A stretch of 64,000 nucleotides of DNA from a virus. Positions 1-9,400 of the stretch are shown here, in pieces. The translations under genes and the position numbers were made by a program. Below the pieces are notes generated by a model. It was not told the DNA's origin, did not search any database, and saw nothing but the letters and a program-made list of their open reading frames with translations. Every line of letters starts with the position of its first letter. Positions within the stretch are counted from its first letter, which is position 1. The stretch lies in the IMG/VR virus record IMGVR_UViG_3300042429_001107. One strand, given 5' to 3'.

Positions 1-821
1 GAGGATTTGATTCCTTTACCTTGGATTTTCATTATAATTTAACATCAGTTGGTAGAATTAATTCTAAGATTCTATTTCTTGATCTTATGACTAATCTTTT
101 ATCTATAGGATCAGATTATGGCCAATTTTTATCACCAGAGCTTAGATTATCTCAAACTAGTGTGGGATTAGGATTTCCTGGTGGACCCGCAGGATATGCA
201 AAATCTATAGTTGATCCCATAGGTTATATTAGAGATACTGTTTCAAAAATGCTTTCAAAAGATAATGTTGATAGGCAATTAGAAAACGAAAAAGGATTAG
301 CTGACCGGGTGTCACAGATAGCAGCAGAGGTTAAAGCTTTTGCTAATGATCCATCAAAAGGTTTAGGACCAGATTCAACACTAATGAAATCTATATCTGT
401 AATGTTAAGTGATGCTTTTCTTAAGAAGGTTTATTTTTCTCCTATTATGCTTAGTGGATATCCGACCGGAGATTGGCATATGGTAGTTGGTAACCCTTTA
501 AATCCTATTGCTATGATAGGAAATTTAGTTTGTACAAATGTTAAAATCACCTTCGGTGATGATCTAGGACCTGATGATTTTCCTACTGAATTAAAAGCTA
601 CATATACTTTACAACCAGGAAGACAAAGACATAGAGGCGATTTTGACTCAATGTTTAATAGAGGTAGTGGTAGACTATATCTTGGTCAATTAGTATCTTC
701 TGGAGAATCTACTAAAGCATTTATTAATACCAGAGGAATATTCACTAATGAAATAAAAAATATAGACCAGACAGTAATACAAGGATCTAGTACAACTACA
801 GGATCGGAAAAAGTAAATTAG
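1..821 (+). CDS. 5'-truncated tail/baseplate-associated protein (tail-tube/gp48-gp54-like fold suspected)
   Basis: Frame is open from the window start, so the ORF track's TTG at 21 is probably internal. C-terminal WHMVVGNPLNPIAMIGNLVC..DDFPTELKATYTL block lies directly upstream of baseplate genes. Confidence 0.45.
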   Translation, partial: GFDSFTLDFHYNLTSVGRINSKILFLDLMTNLLSIGSDYGQFLSPELRLSQTSVGLGFPGGPAGYAKSIVDPIGYIRDTVSKMLSKDNVDRQLENEKGLADRVSQIAAEVKAFANDPSKGLGPDSTLMKSISVMLSDAFLKKVYFSPIMLSGYPTGDWHMVVGNPLNPIAMIGNLVCTNVKITFGDDLGPDDFPTELKATYTLQPGRQRHRGDFDSMFNRGSGRLYLGQLVSSGESTKAFINTRGIFTNEIKNIDQTVIQGSSTTTGSEKVN

Positions 822-838
822 AAAAATAATAATAATAG

Positions 839-1444
839 ATGTTAATTATTGATATAATAGAAGCAAAACCTTATAGGACAGATCCCAATACTAAAATATC
901 TTTATTGGATCTTGTTAGTCCATCTTGGGATCCAAAATCTATTGGTTATGAATTAAAAAGTATTGCCATAGTAACTGACGAAACTGAAATGAGACCTGAT
1001 TTAATTGCTCTTTCATATATGAGTGAAGCTAGTCATTTAGGTACATTATTAAAAATAAATAATATATCTAATCCTCTTAGCTTACTAAGAGGTGAGGTTT
1101 TATTAGTACCATCGGATAAGATGATGAAAAATTTATTCGCTAGCGGACAAGCTGTAAATAACCAGAAACAGAAAGCTAAATCTTTCAGAAAAGAATTACA
1201 GGAAAAAATATCACAGGTCAGTCAGGAAAGACTTGAGTATTTGAATTCTAAAAATATATCAAATCTAACAGAAACTCCTCTTCCACCAAATATGTTAAAA
1301 GAAGGAGAACAACAAATATTAGTTGAAGGTGGGAGATTAATATTTGGACCTGATATAGGAACTTGTAGAGCTAAGACAAAAAAGAATGTTTCTATTACTG
1401 ATATAAAGTCTAAGCTTGCACAGAAGAACATTTTTAAAAGATAA
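839..1444 (+). CDS. Baseplate wedge protein, T4 gp53/LysM-like
   Basis: RPDLIALSY..LLKINNISNPLSL..GEVLLVP matches the gp53/tail-X pattern; baseplate context. Confidence 0.7.
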   Translation: MLIIDIIEAKPYRTDPNTKISLLDLVSPSWDPKSIGYELKSIAIVTDETEMRPDLIALSYMSEASHLGTLLKINNISNPLSLLRGEVLLVPSDKMMKNLFASGQAVNNQKQKAKSFRKELQEKISQVSQERLEYLNSKNISNLTETPLPPNMLKEGEQQILVEGGRLIFGPDIGTCRAKTKKNVSITDIKSKLAQKNIFKR

Positions 1445-1447
1445 TAA

Positions 1448-3061
1448 ATGGCTGTAGATTTTAATTTAAGAAAAGCTATATTACAATATAGAGATCCCAC
1501 TATATTACTGGATGAATTAGGAATAGTTGACACGTCCTCACAGGAAGGGGATATAACAGCAAATGACCAAAGATCTGGAAATATACAAAAAAAATATACA
1601 GGGCTAGCTGAGCCTTTAGTAAGGATTAATAATGCTACTATTACAGGTATTAAATATTTTAATCTGGATCTGACTGGATTTAAACCCACACTTTTATTTA
1701 GATTTGAAACAATAGATGAGAGATTTCTTTTCACGTCATATCCTAAAGACGGTGATATAGTTTCTTTGTATATAAGGCCTTTTGGTGAATTATTTAAACC
1801 TATTAGGATGGATTTTATTATAAACGAGGTGATATCTCCTTTTAATAATGGACCATATAACACAAATGAACCATCAACTGGTAAATTCCTTTCCTTTACT
1901 GTAATGTGTGAAGTGAGAATACCAAAACTATATAAACATATATGTAAGAATATTAGAGGAACAAGTACAGAAGCATTAATAAAAATAGCGGAAGATCTTG
2001 GTCTAGGATATGCTTCTAACGAAGTAAAGATGAACGATCCAATGAATTGGCTTTCACCTAATCTTGATTACGAATCTTTTATAAAAAATATAGTTAATGG
2101 TGCTTGGTTAGGAGAGGATGATTATTTTGATTGTTGGATAGATCAATATTATAATATAAATCTAGTAAATCTTAAAAAACAATTTGACGAGCAGAATTCT
2201 AAAATTGACACAATGAGAATGGCTTACGGTGTTGATTCATTCGGTGATTTAAGTGGAGGTGCAGAACCTGCTGAAGTTGAATTCCCTATTGTTCTTACAA
2301 ATTCAACGCAATTTGAGAAGTCTCCCCTTTTTATTAAAGATCTTGCTTTGGAACAAAACTCTGGGTCTATTAATAAAGATCTAGGATATTTTCAAAAGAT
2401 TCAATTCTACGATGATAAATTAAAATCAGATAAGCCTAAAAATAAGTTCGTTGAATATTCTATAGAATCGGTAACTAATAAGGATTTAAGTTCTAGGGAC
2501 ACTTTAAATAAAGGAAGATTAGGAGAGGATGTATATAAGGACGAGGAAAAGAAAACTTATATAGGTACGATGTACTTTGATAATGTTCATGAAAATTTTC
2601 AACAGGCATCTATACAAAATATACTTAATAGAAATGATAGTTATAAGACTATATTAAAAGTGAAAAATAGAGCATGGACTCCTTTTTTATATAGAGGACA
2701 AACATTCCCTGTAATTATTATGAGCGAAGGGAGTACTACAGCTTCTTCAGATTCTGCAATGGGTCCAGGAGGAAAAAAAGCTTCTTTAGCACCAGACGGA
2801 GATAAAAGAGTACCTAATGTATTTCTCTCTGGTAATTATGTTGTTCTTGGTTTTAATTTAGAGTTTAATCCTAATGATGGGATATATCAAAGTATGATTC
2901 TTGGTAAAAAACAATGGACTTTAAATCCTGGGATTATTTCAGATCCTAAGACATTAGATCCTAAAGTTGATGATGCACAATTTAATGATTTAGTTAAAAA
3001 TTCATCTACTATATTACAACAAGAAGTTGGCAAAATAAAAAGCAGCATATTTGCTGGATAA
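1448..3061 (+). CDS. Putative baseplate hub protein (gp27/phage late control D-like)
   Basis: Lies between gp53-like and gp5-like genes; LIKIAEDLGLG segment and C-terminal LSGNYVVLG strand are typical of hub proteins. Confidence 0.5.
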   Translation: MAVDFNLRKAILQYRDPTILLDELGIVDTSSQEGDITANDQRSGNIQKKYTGLAEPLVRINNATITGIKYFNLDLTGFKPTLLFRFETIDERFLFTSYPKDGDIVSLYIRPFGELFKPIRMDFIINEVISPFNNGPYNTNEPSTGKFLSFTVMCEVRIPKLYKHICKNIRGTSTEALIKIAEDLGLGYASNEVKMNDPMNWLSPNLDYESFIKNIVNGAWLGEDDYFDCWIDQYYNINLVNLKKQFDEQNSKIDTMRMAYGVDSFGDLSGGAEPAEVEFPIVLTNSTQFEKSPLFIKDLALEQNSGSINKDLGYFQKIQFYDDKLKSDKPKNKFVEYSIESVTNKDLSSRDTLNKGRLGEDVYKDEEKKTYIGTMYFDNVHENFQQASIQNILNRNDSYKTILKVKNRAWTPFLYRGQTFPVIIMSEGSTTASSDSAMGPGGKKASLAPDGDKRVPNVFLSGNYVVLGFNLEFNPNDGIYQSMILGKKQWTLNPGIISDPKTLDPKVDDAQFNDLVKNSSTILQQEVGKIKSSIFAG

Positions 3062-3075
3062 ATAATTTTTAAAAG

Positions 3076-5451
3076 ATGGCAGATTTTTTTGGTGATTTTG
3101 GTGACGAGGCCAAAAAATCTTTAAATAGAAAGATAGATTATCAAAGGGAAAAATTTCTAAAAGGGATTTCCACCTCTAAGCACGGAAAAAAAGAAGATCC
3201 TACATATTTACATTTTAGATTTATCTTTGATGAGGGTATTTCTGATCAGATAGATCCTGAGACATTTTTAGCACCATCTCCATTATTTAGCCCTTATAAA
3301 AATCCAGCTAAAGCTACAGGTGTTGAAGGTGCAACAGGAAATGCTGAGCAACCAACCCCGCCTTCTTTTGTAACAGGTGGTTCTAATTTCTTTTATCAAT
3401 CTAAATTTCGAATTGATGGAATGGAAGGTTTTGGTGCTATTGACCCACAAGATGGATATGCTTATATGGGTGCTCAAGAATATTTATTTCAAAGATCTAC
3501 ACAAAGAAGAGATATGCTTAACGCATTCAGAAATGGATTTCTTTATATAAACAAAAATAGTCCATATTATTTTCAGAGCATATCTGGACTAGATCAATTA
3601 TTAAAATCTGATATAAAAAACATACACAAAGGAGCAAGTAAACCACAAAGAATGGGTACTTTATCGATAGATTGTTTAGAATCTATTGATATGAGAATGT
3701 TTGCTCTTTCCGAACTTTACAGAAAAGCTATTTATGATTATAAATATCAAAGATCAATGCTTCCTGAGAATCTTAGAAAGTTTAGAATGTGGCTGGTTAT
3801 AACGGAGATTAGAAATATACAATTAAGTTATGGAATTGGTGATGTGCTAAACCCTTTCTCTATACCTTCGGTTGCAAAAGCTGCTAATGCTTTAGATAGT
3901 TTTAATTCACAGACGGGATTTTTGGATAAAATATCCGGACTTAATCAAAAAAGTACAAACACAGAAAAAGCTCCTCCAGAAAATAATGCCTTAGGAACCG
4001 ACGAGTTAGGGCCATATGCTTTTATTTATCAATTTGATCAATGTGAATTTGATTTTGATGATAGCTATCCATCATATTCCTCTATAGATAATAAAGGAGG
4101 TTCAGCAGTGACTAGTAAATTTAAAATACATGTCGGCAGGGTTAAGGATTATAAAATACAATTCAATCAATTAGCCGATATTATCGGGAAAAACGATAAT
4201 GTAAAACAAATGGTTATTAATGACACCTGGGGATCTTTAGGTAGTAGTTATAGAGATTATGATTATGTAGGAACTCAAGGGATATCAGATCTTGTTATGG
4301 ACGAAAATGATCCTGCTGGGTTTTTTAAAGAGATGGCTTCCAATTTTATAACTAATACTGTTGCAGATCTTAAGAATATAGGTGTTTCTAAATTAGAAAA
4401 TGCTTTACTAGGTAACATTTACGGATTAGGTGGATTAAATATAGCGTCAGCAGGAAGGAGTGCTTTTTCTGTAGCTAACACATTTAATGATCTTAAGAAT
4501 AATGGAATACCTGATCCCAGAAAAGATAATTCACCTCAAGGACAAGGTCTAGGAGGACCAGGGCAAAGACAATATCCCACTATCAACGAAGATGCTTATA
4601 CCGGAACTTCATCACAAAATAACGAAAATTTAGGAAATGTTTTAGGTGGTAGTACTAATCCTCCTGGTACATTATCTGGTGATGTTTATCCGAATGTTCC
4701 TGGTACAGATTTAGGTGGACCGGATAGGCAATATCCTTCAAATGATTCGGATGAGTATAATAATGTACCTGGGGCAGATTCGGGTGTACCCGGAAGAGTT
4801 TACCCGGTTCCTTCTGGAGATACATACCCCACTGTTCCTGGTACAGATTTAGGAGTACCTGATAGGCAATACACAACAAATGATTCGGATGAGTATAATA
4901 ATGTACCAGGCACAGATTCGGGTGTTCCTGAAAGGGTTTACCCAATTCCTTCTGGAGATACATATCCCACTGTTCCTGGTGCAGATTTAGGAGTACCCGA
5001 TAGGCAATATTCACAAGCAGGAGGGGACGAGTATTCTAATGTCCCTGGCAGCGATTTGGGTGTGATAGGTAGGGTTTATGATGAACCAGTCGGTGATGTG
5101 TATCCTAGCGTACCTGGATCGGATCTAGGAGCACCTGATAGACAATATTCACAAGCAGGAGGTAACGAATACCCGGAGCCCGAAATAGGAGTTGCTCCTA
5201 ATTTTACTAAAGTATACCCAGATGCGGATAATAAATACCCTAAAGTAAATGACAGGGAATATAAAGATTCAATTAAAGAATTTAATGATAGTATGGGTGA
5301 TGTTTATAAAAATGTACCAGGACCTGATTTAGGAGGCAAAGGAAGAAATTATGAATCTATTAGGACGGATGAATATAAAGATATTCCCGCGCAGCCTCAA
5401 ATTAATTTAGGAAGGACTTATACTAAATCTAATAATTCCGAAAACTCCTAA
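3076..5451 (+). CDS. Virion structural protein (tail-tube-like N-terminal half) with C-terminal 23-aa tandem repeats
   Basis: 791-aa ORF in the baseplate operon; repeats DxYxxVPGxDxGxPxRxY. Confidence 0.5.
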   Translation: MADFFGDFGDEAKKSLNRKIDYQREKFLKGISTSKHGKKEDPTYLHFRFIFDEGISDQIDPETFLAPSPLFSPYKNPAKATGVEGATGNAEQPTPPSFVTGGSNFFYQSKFRIDGMEGFGAIDPQDGYAYMGAQEYLFQRSTQRRDMLNAFRNGFLYINKNSPYYFQSISGLDQLLKSDIKNIHKGASKPQRMGTLSIDCLESIDMRMFALSELYRKAIYDYKYQRSMLPENLRKFRMWLVITEIRNIQLSYGIGDVLNPFSIPSVAKAANALDSFNSQTGFLDKISGLNQKSTNTEKAPPENNALGTDELGPYAFIYQFDQCEFDFDDSYPSYSSIDNKGGSAVTSKFKIHVGRVKDYKIQFNQLADIIGKNDNVKQMVINDTWGSLGSSYRDYDYVGTQGISDLVMDENDPAGFFKEMASNFITNTVADLKNIGVSKLENALLGNIYGLGGLNIASAGRSAFSVANTFNDLKNNGIPDPRKDNSPQGQGLGGPGQRQYPTINEDAYTGTSSQNNENLGNVLGGSTNPPGTLSGDVYPNVPGTDLGGPDRQYPSNDSDEYNNVPGADSGVPGRVYPVPSGDTYPTVPGTDLGVPDRQYTTNDSDEYNNVPGTDSGVPERVYPIPSGDTYPTVPGADLGVPDRQYSQAGGDEYSNVPGSDLGVIGRVYDEPVGDVYPSVPGSDLGAPDRQYSQAGGNEYPEPEIGVAPNFTKVYPDADNKYPKVNDREYKDSIKEFNDSMGDVYKNVPGPDLGGKGRNYESIRTDEYKDIPAQPQINLGRTYTKSNNSENS
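4675..5175 (+). repeat. Coding tandem repeat: about seven 69-nt (23-aa) units alternating A/B into a 138-nt higher-order repeat
   Basis: aatgattcggatgagtataataatgtacc occurs at 4741 and 4879 (138 nt apart); units SGDxYPxVPGxDLGxPDRQY and xxDEYxNVPGxDxGVxxRVY alternate. Confidence 0.9.
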
Positions 5452-5473
5452 TCAAAATTAACTATAATTTTAT

Positions 5474-6412
5474 ATGAGCTTAGTTAATAGAGAAAAATTA
5501 GAAAGACCAAATACGGAGATAACCCATTATTTAGGTGTTGTGGTTGATAATAAAGATCCAGAATTTAGAGGAAGAGCAAAGATACGTGTTTTTGGACTAT
5601 TTGATCAAATAGAAGATGCGGATCTACCTTGGTCACATCAAAGATTTGAGATGAGCTACGGATTAGGCGGAGGATCTGGTAGAATATCTGTTCCTAAGTT
5701 AGGTTCAGTAGTTCATGTGCAATTTAATAATGGTAACTATTATAGCCCAGAATATAAAGCAGTACAGGAATTATCACCAGATTTAATAGATGAGATAAGA
5801 GTTAGTTATGATGGTGCTCATTCTCTTATATACGATGGTATAGAAAGATTAAAAATGTACTATACTGTAGAGAAAGGTCTTGTAATAGATTTAAAAGATT
5901 CTAAAATTATAATAAGGAATGACAATTCTATACTAATAACTCACGCAGATGATACTTCTTCAATAGAATTAAAAGGTGGTAAAATAACTAAATATGCAGA
6001 TCAAGAGATAGAGAATACTGCGGTTACTAGAATTAAACATTCTTCCGAAGAGGTTTGGATGGATGGTAAAACAACTAATCTTGGGCACTCTCCTGTTTTT
6101 TCTGCTGTATGTGCAGAACCTCTTTGGGACTTCTTAAAAAAATTAGCTATATCAGTTGACAGTAAAATGCCAGCTACTCCTGGTGTTAATTCAACACTAG
6201 CATCTAGCTTTGAACAATTAGCAACAAGCCAAACAGTAAGGGTTACTAGAGAAAATACACCAGATCTTCCTACTACGCCAGCACAGAATAATACTCCTGT
6301 ATCATTACCTAATACTGGACCTACTGGAATATTAGGAATTACTGGATTGACCGGACCTAATGGAATAACTGGACCAAATGGAATAAACCTTACAGGAGCT
6401 ACGGGAGGATAA
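5474..6412 (+). CDS. Baseplate central spike, gp5/VgrG OB-fold protein with collagen-like C-terminal tail
   Basis: YLGVVVDNKDPEFRGRAKIRVFG..LPW and VPKLGSVVHVQF are gp5 N-terminal OB-fold signatures; ends with Gly-X-X triplets; no lysozyme domain evident. Confidence 0.8.
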   Translation: MSLVNREKLERPNTEITHYLGVVVDNKDPEFRGRAKIRVFGLFDQIEDADLPWSHQRFEMSYGLGGGSGRISVPKLGSVVHVQFNNGNYYSPEYKAVQELSPDLIDEIRVSYDGAHSLIYDGIERLKMYYTVEKGLVIDLKDSKIIIRNDNSILITHADDTSSIELKGGKITKYADQEIENTAVTRIKHSSEEVWMDGKTTNLGHSPVFSAVCAEPLWDFLKKLAISVDSKMPATPGVNSTLASSFEQLATSQTVRVTRENTPDLPTTPAQNNTPVSLPNTGPTGILGITGLTGPNGITGPNGINLTGATGG

Positions 6413-6413
6413 T

Positions 6414-9400
6414 ATGGCAAGTATAGAAAAAAGAATAGATAAGCTCCTTAGTAAGGATTTTACAACAGTTAGCTCTGATGAAATAATCAATATAATAACT
6501 GACGGGAAAGTATCAAATTTACCTTATGATGATTTACAATCAGAAGAGGGATTTAATAAAGAACTTGAAAAAAATCAGAAAGAGGTAGAGAATATATTAG
6601 CAAGCTTAGAACCACAGAAGCCTCCTATTTCTATGAAAATGATAGAGAAATTGGCTTGTAATTATGAAGGTGATGATTTGTACAGTGTTATATTACTCGA
6701 ATCTTTAAAAAAAGAAAAACCAAAATTATATAAAGAATTAATATCTTCTGCCGAATTTAAAAATAATTCTGCAATAACAGAGAAAGATCTTGGAGTAACT
6801 GTAACTAATACTAAATCTTTTAAATACCAATATAAAATACCTTCTTCAGGTATTATTAAATTTCTTGAGGCAAAAAATCCTGATTTTTTAGAAATTGCTA
6901 ATGAGAAAATTTTTGATAATATGGACCCTTTATTGCTAGGTAAACCTTCTAATTCAGGAGCTAGAAAGAAAAGAGAAATGAATGTGCTTGGATTTAAAAT
7001 TCCTTTGGAATTTATAATGTCTGGTAAAAAAGTAGTACATGTTAAAATAGGAAGTGAAAAACAAACTAAAAAGGAAGCTTTAGATAAGATTAATAGCGTA
7101 CTAGATAAACAATATAAGAATTCAAAGCCTTGTGATTTTGAAGGTCTTGGTGAAAATATTAGATCAGAAAGATCTGAAAGATTAGATGATTATGATTCAA
7201 ATTTCTTTCCTGATGGTGATGACCCTATATTAGATGATGATTGTTTACCGGGTGTTCCTGAAGATCCTATTACAGGAGATCCTATAGTAACAGTGGATAC
7301 ATTTAACAACTTAACTGAAGATTTTTGTGATCCTCCTGAATACGATTTTTCAGATGCTAATGGAGATGAATTAGATCCAGTAGGTAATCAAGTTGATGTG
7401 GATGCAATAGATGCTTGTATAGATTCAGCATTAAAAAAATCCAAAAAGATTGAAGACGATAGCAAACTATTAGCTAGATGGAATCTTATTGAAAGAAGTT
7501 TAGAAGAAATATTTTATCACTACGAAATAATATATGAGTATCAAAAGGCATTATCAGAAAACTGGAGAAATAGAATTCCTGTAAATTCAGGAGGTGATCC
7601 TAGTAATCTTGATCTTGCAATTAGTATATTAACATATAATGATAGCATAAAAGAAATTGATAAAGAGATCACTGATCAGAAACAAAAAAATGATACGGAC
7701 AAGAAAAATTTCATTCAAGAGAACGAAATATTTACTGAGGATATTTTTCTTTTAAGTGGACTTGACACCGAATTAAATACGATAGAATTAACTAATCTAT
7801 TTAACTATCAAATAGAAGCTAATAAATCACCTATACGTTATGATTCAACAACACAATCATGGCCAGTTTCTGAAGGTGTTAGTGATTTTCAAAAAAATGT
7901 AGAGTCAATAAGAGTTATATTAATAGAGAAAGGATTTATATCTAATTTAATAAATGATAGGGATCAGAAGGTTTCTTTAAGAGATGCTGACCTTGCCACT
8001 TTAAAAAATAGACTAGGTGTAAATGTAACATATAATGATCTTGAGAGTGGATTCACGTCTGGCAGTTCAACAACAGACGATACAGCTGAAAGGGTTTTTA
8101 AAAGTGCTTTGGTTAATGGAATATCTGTTAATACTTATGATTCTTATGGATATGAATTTTTAGAAAAATTAAAAGAATTCTCTGTGAGATTTAAAAAAGT
8201 AGAATTTAATAACAGCTTAGGAGAATTACAATTTGAGCTTTCTTTTATGACAGATTATGGACGACCGCTTCCGTATGAGATAGTAGAAAAACCAGCACCT
8301 ATATCTTTTAAAAATAAAGTGACTAAGCCTATGAGCAAAGTTTCTGAGCCTGATATAAAGAAAATAAAAATTGGTAACGAATATGCAGGTAATGGGGGAT
8401 TATTAGCTAATACATCTCCTTCTTATTTAAAAAGCTATAAATTCATAAAAATAAATAACATTAAAACAGTAGAACCTGATATTGCTAATTTTTATGATTT
8501 CATTGAGACTATCATAAAAAAAGATGATAGCAAATCAGCAATAATTAAAAAAATAGTTGATGATAGAGGTATTTTATACGGGCAACTTATAGAAAAATCT
8601 GCTTCTCCTTGGTTATTTTTTACAGCTGGAGAAAGAGGAGATAACGATTCTAGAGATCCTGCAAAAACTAGACCTTCCAGTTTTACTAAAGACGGTGATC
8701 CAAATAAAACTTTTACTGATTTTTGGGGAAAATTTAAAGATAAATGGGACAGTAAATACAAGGAGAATAAAACAAGATATATTGATCCTGCAATGGTAGA
8801 ATTAAAAAATGAAGCCAGAAAAGCAGGTGAAGGCTTGGGTAAGACATTGCCGACTAGTGATGCTATAGGAGTTAGGATATTCGAAAACTATTTCGATGTT
8901 AAACAAAAATACGAGCAAATTCAGGACATTATATTATATGTAGCACAAAAAAGAGCTGAGATAGAAGGATCTTTAAGTCCGGAGAATTTGAGTAAATCTT
9001 TCTCTGATGTTAAATGCTCAGGAGGAGATGGACAAGGAAATGGAGATGATCCAGAAAACTGCCCACCTAAATGTTGTGGACCTGCTGGTACGGATTTTAA
9101 TTCTGAAAATTATTTAACTTCTGCAGGACCAAGTTCAGATTGCCCTACGATGTATCAAAAATGCTGGTGGAAGCAATTCTGTAAAGATTTAACAAAAGTC
9201 GGCTTGCTTCCTTATCCTAACGGATTACCTCCTATTGAAGATCCTAAGTATTTCTTGGCAGCTGGTCCTAGTGTTAGATTGGGATTGAAATATTGGCCTG
9301 TAGGATATTTACCTCCTGCATTTATTCCTATACCTTTTGCTAATCCAATAGACGGACTTCCTTATATAAGAATTCCGTTACCTATGATATGGACAACCAT

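Noticed and set aside
4675-5175. Possible CRISPR array or DGR template/variable repeat
   Set aside because: The repeats are in-frame coding units with synonymous-type variation, no unique spacers, no evident adenine-specific mismatches and no reverse transcriptase in the window.
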